From assembly GCA_044221725.1 (NCBI GenBank), contig JBGAON010000005.1, positions 1 through 64,000 of the forward strand: a stretch of 64,000 nucleotides of DNA, written 5' to 3'. Shown here piece by piece: positions 49,810-57,716 of this stretch. The position numbers and the translations under genes were made by a program. The stretch's first letter is position 1. Every line of letters begins with the position of its first letter. The stretch is from Elusimicrobiota bacterium. Its GTDB lineage: Bacteria > Elusimicrobiota > Elusimicrobia > F11. The notes beneath the pieces are model-generated. The model ran no database searches, had not been told where the DNA came from, and saw nothing but the letters and a program-made list of their open reading frames with translations.

Positions 49810-50148
49810 ATGGGAGGGTCTATGGTGCATCCAATGATGGCTGGTGGAGTCGGAAAAGTTCCGCTTTTGCTTTTGGCGTTGGCCGCTGGGTACGGCGTTT
49901 TGGTGCTGGCGAACAAACAGGAAAGGCCCTTGGACAGGCTGGGACGCCTCGTCGGTGGAATTGTATTGGTGGTGTCGTTTGTCGGACTGCTTTGCGTGGC
50001 CGTCTGCTCAATAATGTGTCGTGTGTCGTGTCACGGCGAACGCATGGGCGCTGCTTGCGGCATGGCGAAGCCAACGTGTCCCTATTCGGGCAACCACGAC
50101 GACGCTTCCGCCCCGCCCGCTGAAAATGATCAAGCGCCGGCAAGGTAA
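49810..50148 (+). CDS. Small hypothetical membrane protein with Cys-rich tail
   Basis: Two TM helices, fills the gap within the co-oriented gene run. Confidence 0.6.
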   Translation: MGGSMVHPMMAGGVGKVPLLLLALAAGYGVLVLANKQERPLDRLGRLVGGIVLVVSFVGLLCVAVCSIMCRVSCHGERMGAACGMAKPTCPYSGNHDDASAPPAENDQAPAR

Positions 50149-50171
50149 CGGATTTTATTTTGGAGACGACT

Positions 50172-50441
50172 ATGGAAGCGAAAGAAAACAAAGTTACGAA
50201 TATTGAAGAGACCAAGAAAAAAGTGGAAGCGGCGTTAAACAAAGTTCGCCCCGCACTTCAGGCCGATGGTGGCGACGCTGAAATCGTCGACATATCGTCC
50301 GACGGTGTTGTGACGCTGCAATTGATGGGCGCGTGCGGTGGTTGTGCGATGTCGACCATGACGCTCAAGCAAGGCATCGAGCGCATCGTAAAAATGGAAG
50401 TACCGGAGATCACCGCCGTCGAAGCGATGTCAATGGAGTAA
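50172..50441 (+). CDS. NifU/NfuA-type Fe-S carrier
   Basis: VRPALQADGGD, LMGACGGC..STMTLKQGIE. Confidence 0.92.
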   Translation: MEAKENKVTNIEETKKKVEAALNKVRPALQADGGDAEIVDISSDGVVTLQLMGACGGCAMSTMTLKQGIERIVKMEVPEITAVEAMSME

Positions 50442-51499
50442 TGCCTACCGTTTCTGAAATCCGCAAAGTTCTTGCTACCGTCGAGGAACCCGAGCTCCGC
50501 AAAGATATTGTCTCGCTGAACATGGTGAAAAACATCACGACCGAAAACGGCGTGGTGGCCATCAATGTTGAGCTGACGACGCCCGCGTGTCCCTTAAAAG
50601 ACGAAATAAAGACGCGCATCGTTAATGCGGTCAACAAAATTTCCGGTGTGAAAAGCGTGGACGTGGAATTTTCCGCGCGTGTTTTGCAGGCGCGGCCCGT
50701 GCAGGCAAGAGCCGCGATCGAGGGCGTGAAACACATCGTTGCGGTCTATGCGTGCAAAGGCGGTGTCGGAAAATCCACGGTGTCCACAAATTTGGCCACG
50801 GCGCTCGCGGTTCGTGGCGCCCGTGTGGGACTGCTGGACGCCGATATTCATGGGCCGAACGTGCCGCTCATGATGGGCGCGTCTGGGCGCGCCGAGGTGT
50901 CCGACAAAAACAAAATAACACCGATCACGGCGCATGGCGTGAAAACCATGTCGCTCGGTTACGTGATGGATACCGATGCACCGAAGATTTGGCGCGGACC
51001 GATGATTCATGGAGCCGTGCAACAATTGTTGCGAGATACCGAATGGGGCGAGCTTGACTACCTTATTATTGACCTGCCTCCCGGGACAGGCGATGCGCAG
51101 TTGACCGTTGTTCAATCTGTGCCGTTGTCGGGCGTCGTGGTTGTGTCGACGCCGCAAGCGGTCTCGCTTTTGGACGGTGCCAAGGGAATTGGCATGTTTC
51201 AAAAATTAAATGTGCCGATGTTGGGGCTTGTGGAAAACATGTCGGGTTTTGAGTGTCCGCATTGTCATGAAGTGACCAATATTTTTTCGACCGGCGGTGC
51301 AAAGGCCGAAGCGGAACGACTAAAAATTCCGTTTCTTGCGGCCATCCCGATTGATCCGCAGATTGTCGTTGGTGGAGATTCCGGGAAGCCCGTTGTTGTC
51401 ACAAGTCCGTCATCCCAAACCGCACAACTATTTTTCAACGTCGCTGAAAGGGTCGCCGCAAACATCAGCATAAATCAATTCGAAATGGCGAACGCCTAA
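50441..51499 (+). CDS. apbC: Mrp/NBP35 (ApbC) Fe-S cluster carrier ATPase
   Basis: EPELRKDIVSL, TTPACP, KGGVGKST, DADIHGP, WRGPM, DLPPGTGD, ENMSGFECPHC. Confidence 0.93.
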   Translation: MPTVSEIRKVLATVEEPELRKDIVSLNMVKNITTENGVVAINVELTTPACPLKDEIKTRIVNAVNKISGVKSVDVEFSARVLQARPVQARAAIEGVKHIVAVYACKGGVGKSTVSTNLATALAVRGARVGLLDADIHGPNVPLMMGASGRAEVSDKNKITPITAHGVKTMSLGYVMDTDAPKIWRGPMIHGAVQQLLRDTEWGELDYLIIDLPPGTGDAQLTVVQSVPLSGVVVVSTPQAVSLLDGAKGIGMFQKLNVPMLGLVENMSGFECPHCHEVTNIFSTGGAKAEAERLKIPFLAAIPIDPQIVVGGDSGKPVVVTSPSSQTAQLFFNVAERVAANISINQFEMANA

Positions 51500-51506
51500 A
51501 TAGGGC

Positions 51507-51535
51507 TTGCTGGCCCTAGGGTCTCATGGTATTTT
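51507..51535 (+). promoter_or_regulatory. Putative sigma70 promoter of the lipoprotein cluster
   Basis: TTGCTG-17 bp-TATTTT with TG extension. Confidence 0.35.
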
Positions 51536-51579
51536 TGGTTCATTCTGAATTTTAAATGTGTTTTAAGGAGGCCTAACCG

Positions 51580-52017
51580 ATGAAGTACGCCATTGCCGGT
51601 TTAACCGCATTGCTGTTGGTTGGTTGCGGAGGCAGCAAGTCCTACGTGAAAAAAGGGGAAATATCAAAAACCCTCGACCAAGAGGCTGTGCAGAAAAAAT
51701 ATCTCGAAGCCATTGGTATCGGCGCGGCCGATCAGACCTTAACGAACACCACTCAAAAGCGCGCCACGTCCCGCAATGCCGCGATTGTGGCCGCGCAATA
51801 CGAAATGTTGTCGATGATCAAAGGTGTTGAGCTCGAAGGTGGAATCCGCGTAGAGAAGGCGATGGAAACAGATTCGGTGCTGCAAACAAAAATCGACGAA
51901 GCCATCAAAGGTGCTGAGATCATTAAATCGGAATGGACCAACGACGATGGTTGTTTGGTCACAATTCGATTGGACAAGAAACGGCTCCAGGACATGATGG
52001 GAGTGAAATTTAAATAA
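51580..52017 (+). CDS. LPP20-family lipoprotein
   Basis: Lipobox LLVG|C; EAIGIGA...RNAAIVAAQYEMLSMIKGV...IKGAEI. Confidence 0.75.
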   Translation: MKYAIAGLTALLLVGCGGSKSYVKKGEISKTLDQEAVQKKYLEAIGIGAADQTLTNTTQKRATSRNAAIVAAQYEMLSMIKGVELEGGIRVEKAMETDSVLQTKIDEAIKGAEIIKSEWTNDDGCLVTIRLDKKRLQDMMGVKFK

Positions 52018-53222
52018 TGGAAGGCCGTCGTCGTTCCCGCGTTAGCGGGAACCCAGACAAATCAGAATCGGCACGCAAAAATGTCGGTGTCTGGGCCCCC
52101 GTCCCATCAAAACTAGGACGGCACCGACATTTATCATTGTCGAACGGTGCCGCCTACGCGGGGGCGACGATGTTGCTTCTTTCCGTTTCAATCTTGGTTG
52201 GGTGTGTTGGTCCGAAATCTCGGTTGAAACTTGGCAAGACAGCCGAAGGTGAAGTTGTCGAAGCCGAGGGGTTTGCGCCGAACGATCCGAAAGACATTCT
52301 CGCTACCAAAAGAAGTTCGCTTGTTGATGCTCAACGCAATGCCATAGAAAAAGCCGTCGGTGTTTTCGTTTCGGGCAAGACGATGGTCGAAAAAGCCATC
52401 GCCATTGAAAACAATATCCTCGCGAAGAGCGACGGCTACATCAAGAAGTACGACGTTATCGCCGAAGGTCCCTCCGAAAACAACCTTTACCGAACCAAAA
52501 TCCGCGCACTCGTCGCGCTGAAAGATCTCGAAAAGGACTTGAAGCAAATGTCGCTTCTCAAAACGGCGCAAGTGCTTCGCCCGCGCGTGACAATCGACCT
52601 TGTTGAGAAAGTGGACAAAGCCGCGGTTGATGAAGGGGCGGCCTCGAGCGCGCTGCAGCAAAGTCTCATGCAGCAAGGTTTTGTTGTGGTTCAAGGCGAC
52701 CGTGCCAAAGAGGCGGAGCTCGTCATCAAAGGCAAAGCGTCGTCGTTTCCATTTCAAACCGAAGGATTGGGTGGATTCGTTTCGTACCGCGCGCGATTGG
52801 CTGTGCAGGTCATGCGCCCTGGTACGCAAGACGTTGTTTACTCAACGAGCAAAGAAGCGAGCGGGCTGGGCGGCAATGCTGACTTGGCCGCGCTTAAATC
52901 CCTCGAGACGGTGGGCGATGTGACAGGCAAAGAGATGGGCACGCAGTTAACTGATTTGTGGTCCAAAGGTGCGAACGCACTCGTTTATGTGGAAGGTGTG
53001 AAATCTTTCGGCGACGTTGAGCGCGTGCGGAAGCATTTGGTTTCTCAGCCGGGCGTGGCCGATATTGCACTGCGGTTGTACGATGAAGGCATGGCTCAAT
53101 TTGAACTCCAATTGGACAAGGTTCAGCTGGCCGAGCTCGCGGCGACATTGGAAAAAAGTCAGTCGTTGCCGCTGAAAGTTCTTGAAACAACCCCACAATC
53201 CCTCCGCCTAAATCTTCCTTAA
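52017..53222 (+). CDS. Lipoprotein with FlgT N-terminal-like domain; N-terminus carries an in-frame palindromic insert
   Basis: Lipobox ILVG|C; VVEAEG...DAQRNAIEKAVGVFVSGKT...GYIKKYDV; TAATG overlap with upstream gene. Confidence 0.75.
   Translation: MEGRRRSRVSGNPDKSESARKNVGVWAPVPSKLGRHRHLSLSNGAAYAGATMLLLSVSILVGCVGPKSRLKLGKTAEGEVVEAEGFAPNDPKDILATKRSSLVDAQRNAIEKAVGVFVSGKTMVEKAIAIENNILAKSDGYIKKYDVIAEGPSENNLYRTKIRALVALKDLEKDLKQMSLLKTAQVLRPRVTIDLVEKVDKAAVDEGAASSALQQSLMQQGFVVVQGDRAKEAELVIKGKASSFPFQTEGLGGFVSYRARLAVQVMRPGTQDVVYSTSKEASGLGGNADLAALKSLETVGDVTGKEMGTQLTDLWSKGANALVYVEGVKSFGDVERVRKHLVSQPGVADIALRLYDEGMAQFELQLDKVQLAELAATLEKSQSLPLKVLETTPQSLRLNLP
52029..52169. repeat. REP/RPE-like palindromic element (141 bp) inside a CDS
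   Basis: Left arm cgtcgttcccgcgttagcgggaacccagac; right arm gtctgggcccccg[51 bp]cctacgcgggggcgacg. Confidence 0.8.
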
Positions 53223-53909
53223 ATGTTTCGTCTGTCCGTTGCCTGTCCGACGGTAATGTTATCGTTGTTTCTGGCCGGATGCAAAGTCGAACCACCGAAA
53301 CCACAGACCGTTAAAACGATTGCAATTTTGCCGTTTGACAGCGAAGCGACGAACATTAATGCTCCCGATGCTTTGCAGCGACTGGTCTATCGCGCATTGA
53401 AACATTCGTCCTACACGGTGTCGGACATCGGCGAAACGAACAAAAGGCTGGCTGATGTTGGGATTGTCGACGGCGGCCAGCTGCCCGCGCTTGATCCCGT
53501 TAAAATTGCAAAGGATTTCGGTGTACAGGCGTTGTTGTATGGAAACGTGGCCAGTTTTGGCTATGCGAATATTGGCTTTTATTCGCAGCGGAAGGTGGCT
53601 TTGGAGCTCTGGCTCGTCGATGGGACCACCGGACAAACGATTTGGGAGCACACGGGAAGCGGCACAACGCGGAACTTTGCGACGGACTCCAAGCAAGCGC
53701 AGGCAAATTTCGAGAAGAGTCTTGCCGAGCAGTTGGTGGACAAGCTTTTAAAGAATCCATTGGACGGTGAATCACGCCTTGCTACACTCGACGCGCTTCG
53801 AACATTGCCGGGCTTTTTGTTTAGCGGGTTTGCTGACGATGGCCAGAGCCCTTCGGACGCCACACGCGGCGTTCAGAAATCGATCACGGATTTTATTCGC
53901 AAAAAGTAG
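53223..53909 (+). CDS. DUF799/GNA1162-like lipoprotein
   Basis: Lipobox FLAG|C; TIAILPF, IAKDFGVQALLYGNV, LVDGTTGQTIW. Confidence 0.7.
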   Translation: MFRLSVACPTVMLSLFLAGCKVEPPKPQTVKTIAILPFDSEATNINAPDALQRLVYRALKHSSYTVSDIGETNKRLADVGIVDGGQLPALDPVKIAKDFGVQALLYGNVASFGYANIGFYSQRKVALELWLVDGTTGQTIWEHTGSGTTRNFATDSKQAQANFEKSLAEQLVDKLLKNPLDGESRLATLDALRTLPGFLFSGFADDGQSPSDATRGVQKSITDFIRKK

Positions 53910-53921
53910 GAGGAGGACACA

Positions 53922-54854
53922 ATGAAAGCATCAAAGTTTTTATCCGCGAACGTTGGTGTGTTGTTGATGTTAACGGCGTGCGCGCCGGGCACGAAAATTA
54001 CCGAAAAGAACTCCACGACTGTCAACGAAACAAAAAAAGTTGAATCAAAATACACGGGACCGAAACGTCGCATTGGTGTCGTGTCATTCGAAAACAAGGC
54101 GCCCTACGCGCAGAACCGAATCGGAAACACGGCCACCGATATCCTTATTACCGAGCTCACGAAATCTGGAAAATTTATTGTCGTTGAACGTGACAAGATG
54201 GACAAGCTTCTCGAAGAACAAAAACTTGGGCAGTCGGGCGCCATTGATCCGAACACGGCCGCCAAAGTCGGAAAGATTCTTGGGCTGAACGCCATTGTCA
54301 CGGGAAGCGTATCTCAATTTGGTGTGAAAAAAGAAGGGAAGGATTTTATTATCTCGGAAAGCAAACAGCAGATCGTCGAATGCACTGTCGACGTGCGCGT
54401 TGTTGATGCCGAAACGGGTCAGGTATTGTTGGCCGATTCCGGAAAAGGTGTTGTGAAAAAATCCTCTGGCAAAATCTTGGGCATGGGAAATCAGTCGAAG
54501 TATGACGAGACGCTTGAAGGTGAAGCGTTGCGTGCCGCGATCGTTAAATTCGTCGACAATATTATTTATCAAGTGAACAAGAAGCCGTGGAGCTGCCGCG
54601 TGGCGGCTGTTAAAGATGGCAAAATCTATTTGAACGCTGGAATCGAAGCGGGTCTGCAAGAAGGTCAGAAGCTGCGTGCGTTTTCGCAGGGTGCGGAAAT
54701 TTTGGATCCCACAACCGGCCTTGTCATTGGGCAAGAAGAAGAGGAGCTTGGTGTTCTGAAGATAGCCTCGTTCTTCGGTGACAACGGTGCCATCGCCAAC
54801 GTCATTTCGGGATCTGTGCCCAAACCAAAGGATTTATGTCGTTTGGCGGACTAA
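53922..54854 (+). CDS. CsgG/HfaB-family lipoprotein with FlgT C-terminal-like domain
   Basis: Lipobox LTA|C; RIGVVSFEN, KFIVVER..LLEEQKL, VDVRVVDAETG; C-terminal IYLNAG...DPTTG..IG. Confidence 0.85.
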   Translation: MKASKFLSANVGVLLMLTACAPGTKITEKNSTTVNETKKVESKYTGPKRRIGVVSFENKAPYAQNRIGNTATDILITELTKSGKFIVVERDKMDKLLEEQKLGQSGAIDPNTAAKVGKILGLNAIVTGSVSQFGVKKEGKDFIISESKQQIVECTVDVRVVDAETGQVLLADSGKGVVKKSSGKILGMGNQSKYDETLEGEALRAAIVKFVDNIIYQVNKKPWSCRVAAVKDGKIYLNAGIEAGLQEGQKLRAFSQGAEILDPTTGLVIGQEEEELGVLKIASFFGDNGAIANVISGSVPKPKDLCRLAD

Positions 54855-54858
54855 AAAA

Positions 54859-54914
54859 GTACTTCGTAAAGCGTACTTCGTGCTTCGAAGTACGGGGCGC
54901 GAGGGACTAGGTAC
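54859..54914. repeat. Degenerate heptameric tandem repeat
   Basis: gtacttc|gtaaagc|gtacttc|gtgcttc|gaagtac|ggggcgc|gagggac|taggtac. Confidence 0.5.
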
Positions 54915-54920
54915 CTTTTT

Positions 54921-56240
54921 ATGGATGTTATTCTCGTTCACGGTTACAACGTTACGTCGACAAACACCTACGGTGTGCTGCCGCAGCGTCTAAAAGCGGC
55001 CGGCCACAACATCAAGGATGTTTATCTCAGCAAGTACGTCACGCTTGATAACGACATTGCGATTGGTGACATTGTTCGCGCTTTCCAGGCGGCGCTTCTC
55101 GACGTGTACGGTGGAAAATTGGAACAACCGTTTGCCTGCATCACGCATTCCACCGGTGGACTTGTGGCACGGTCATGGATCGATGCCTATTACGGGAACG
55201 CGATGGCGTCCTTGCCTATGACGCACCTCATTATGCTGGCTCCGCCCACAAACGGTTCCCGCCTCGCTGAGCTGGGGAAATCGCGATTGAGTCGACTGCG
55301 CAGCCTCGTTGGCGTCGAGCCGGGACTCAAAGTTCTCGATGCGCTCGAGCTCGGCAGTGAATTCCAATGGGAATTGAACTCGCGTTGGATGCAAAAAAAA
55401 TTGCACGCAGCGCCCGGTTTTTATCCCGTTGTGATCGCCGGGCAATGGATCGATAAAAAGTTGTGGGACTCGATTATTCCCGCGACCTACGAACGCGGAT
55501 CGGATGGCGTTGTGCGTGCGTCCGCTGCGAATCTTAATATGCAAAAGATTACGGTAAATCCGGATGGAACAATTTTGCGGGAAGTGATGGGAGGCATTCC
55601 ATTTCTTATTACGCCAAAAACGTCGCATTCGGACGAACGGTACGGAATTATGGGCAGCGTTCCAGCGCGCGGAAGTCATCCGGTTCTGGACGGGATTCTC
55701 GCGGTGCTCGACGTTGACAGCCGTGAAGAATACGACGCGCTCGAAGCCGATTTTGCAATGAAAACCACAATGCTTCAGCGCAAAGAGACCTATTACGACG
55801 GATCAAAGCTCGAGCGCTATTCGCAAGTTGTGTTTCGTGTGATGGACAATGCGGGCAACAGATTGGATGACTACGCGCTTGAAATTATCGATGCGTCCGG
55901 TCGCGGCGACCGGTTGCCAAGCGGATTCTTTGGCGATAAACACAAGAACGAAAACAGCCCTGAGAAATTTGTTTATTACGTCAACTACGACCGTATGTCC
56001 GATATCAAAGGTGGAAAGGTGGGCTTTCGAATCACCTGCGCTCCCGATACGCCGTTGGTCAATTATAAGGAAGCTACGTTTCTAGCGCCGCTCGATGTGA
56101 GCGGCGTGGTGAAGCCCAATCAAACAACGTTTGTTGATGTGATCCTAAAGCGGCGCATTAACCGCAATGTTTTCCAAATCACGAACGACTTCTCTTATCA
56201 GAAAATTACCGGACAGCCCGGCGAAGAGTGGATCGATTGA
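54921..56240 (+). CDS. Alpha/beta-hydrolase (lipase/PGAP1-like)
   Basis: ILVHGY, nucleophile elbow ITHSTGG, MLAPPTNGS, GSDGVV. Confidence 0.85.
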   Translation: MDVILVHGYNVTSTNTYGVLPQRLKAAGHNIKDVYLSKYVTLDNDIAIGDIVRAFQAALLDVYGGKLEQPFACITHSTGGLVARSWIDAYYGNAMASLPMTHLIMLAPPTNGSRLAELGKSRLSRLRSLVGVEPGLKVLDALELGSEFQWELNSRWMQKKLHAAPGFYPVVIAGQWIDKKLWDSIIPATYERGSDGVVRASAANLNMQKITVNPDGTILREVMGGIPFLITPKTSHSDERYGIMGSVPARGSHPVLDGILAVLDVDSREEYDALEADFAMKTTMLQRKETYYDGSKLERYSQVVFRVMDNAGNRLDDYALEIIDASGRGDRLPSGFFGDKHKNENSPEKFVYYVNYDRMSDIKGGKVGFRITCAPDTPLVNYKEATFLAPLDVSGVVKPNQTTFVDVILKRRINRNVFQITNDFSYQKITGQPGEEWID

Positions 56241-56243
56241 TTC

Positions 56244-56323
56244 GTCATCCTGGCATGTCGTTAGCCAGGATCCATGGAAACAGTGGGAAAAGTGGGCCCT
56301 GGATAGAGACATTCCAGGGCGAC
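56244..56323. repeat. REP-like intergenic palindrome (copy 2)
   Basis: gtcatcctggc..gccaggatcca..tgggccctggat..ttccagggcgac, between convergent genes. Confidence 0.8.
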
Positions 56324-56326
56324 AGC

Positions 56327-57631
56327 TTAAATCGGTTCCGCCGAGAATTCGTAAGCGTCGTAGCTGGTTAACTTCGCAGTAACGAAACGGCCGCCGCGCG
56401 CAGCTTTGGCTGGTAGGCGCACCACGGCGTCAATTTCGGGGGCTTCTTTGGCCGTGCGGCCCAACACAAAGTCGCCTTCCTCTTCCTCAATCAAAACCGT
56501 TTCGTTGTCTCCAATCCTTTTTTGGGATTTGAAATGGGAAACGTTGAATTGTGTGGACATCAACGCTTCAAGGCGTTCTTTCTTTATTTCCTCCGGAATT
56601 TGGTCGGTTCGCACGGCGGACGGTGTGTTTTCTTCTTTTGAATACGTGAATGCGCCCATGTAATCGAAATGTCCCTCGTTCACGAAAGCATTCAGTTTTG
56701 TGAATTGGTCGTCGGTTTCTCCTGGATGTCCGACGATAAATGTCGTTCGAAGGCTGAGGTTCGGAAGTTTCTTGTGAATTTTTTCAAGCAACGCGCGCAG
56801 CTCGCTTTCTCCGAGCAGACGGTTCATCTGCGTGAGCATCGCACCGTCAATATGCTGAAGCGGCATGTCGAGGTACGGGAAAATTTCGGGTGATTCTGCG
56901 AACACAGCCAGTAACTCGTTGGAAAAAGAATGCGGATGCATGTACATGAGACGGATCCAACGAAGCCCTTTAATCTCGCGCATCTTGCGAAGAAGGCTCG
57001 GCAATCGGCGCTCCTTGTATATGTCGCGACCCCAGTCGCCAGTGTCCTGGCCGATAATTACAATCTCCTCGATGCCACGCCCCGCCAGCTTCCGCGCTTC
57101 GTCCAAAATCTTTTCTTCCGGCCGACTTTGCAAGCTTCCGCGCAGTTTTGGAATCACGCAAAAGGAACACGGATGACTGCAGCCTTCCGATAACCGGAGA
57201 TTTGCGGTGGGTCCGTTCTCGGAAAGCTCCCGCTCCGCGTCCGGATCGGTTAGCCCGCCCGGGTTCGTTCGATCGAGAAACCGCTCACGCGGGTTTTTAA
57301 GCAAATCTGGAATCTGGCTCAGCTGACCGGTTCCAAGGAAAGCGTCCACTTCCGGCAACTCGACCATCATTTCTTTGCCGTGTTGCTGAACCATGCAACC
57401 GGTCACGTACAGCTTTTTCTTTTCGCCTTTAAGCCGCGCGGCTTCGAGGATTGTCTGAACGGATTCTTTTTTGGCTGCCTCAATGAACGAACAAGTGTGA
57501 ATGACGATGGCGTCCGCGTCGGCGGCGTCTTTTTCAACAGAGAATCCTTGTTTTTTTAGGAGGCCGGTGAGGTTTTCGGTATCGTTCGTGTTCTTCGCGC
57601 AACCCAGCGTGATGATTGAAACTTTTTCCAT
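56327..57631 (-). CDS. rimO: Ribosomal protein S12 methylthiotransferase
   Basis: LGCAKN, HTCSFIEAAKKES, EGCSHPCSFCVIP, IGQDT, YLDMPLQH, APEID. Confidence 0.95.
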   Translation of the reverse strand: MEKVSIITLGCAKNTNDTENLTGLLKKQGFSVEKDAADADAIVIHTCSFIEAAKKESVQTILEAARLKGEKKKLYVTGCMVQQHGKEMMVELPEVDAFLGTGQLSQIPDLLKNPRERFLDRTNPGGLTDPDAERELSENGPTANLRLSEGCSHPCSFCVIPKLRGSLQSRPEEKILDEARKLAGRGIEEIVIIGQDTGDWGRDIYKERRLPSLLRKMREIKGLRWIRLMYMHPHSFSNELLAVFAESPEIFPYLDMPLQHIDGAMLTQMNRLLGESELRALLEKIHKKLPNLSLRTTFIVGHPGETDDQFTKLNAFVNEGHFDYMGAFTYSKEENTPSAVRTDQIPEEIKKERLEALMSTQFNVSHFKSQKRIGDNETVLIEEEEGDFVLGRTAKEAPEIDAVVRLPAKAARGGRFVTAKLTSYDAYEFSAEPI

Positions 57632-57716
57632 GGACGGCGGAGAATACACTTTTTGGTATTATTCCGGCCGATATGTTGAGTTTCGCTCTAACCTTTTCTC
57701 CGTCGGAGAACATTTG

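Noticed and set aside
53922..54854. Curli biogenesis locus
   Set aside because: No csgA/B/E/F-like genes nearby; CsgG-like domains are widespread outside curli systems.
57501..57716. N-terminal extension of the GDP-mannose enzyme overlapping rimO
   Set aside because: Homology begins at MQAVILAGG (ATG 57717, GGAGA RBS). Similar over-extended starts were trimmed for the HAD, DUF309, GH94, Mrp and REC-GGDEF genes.
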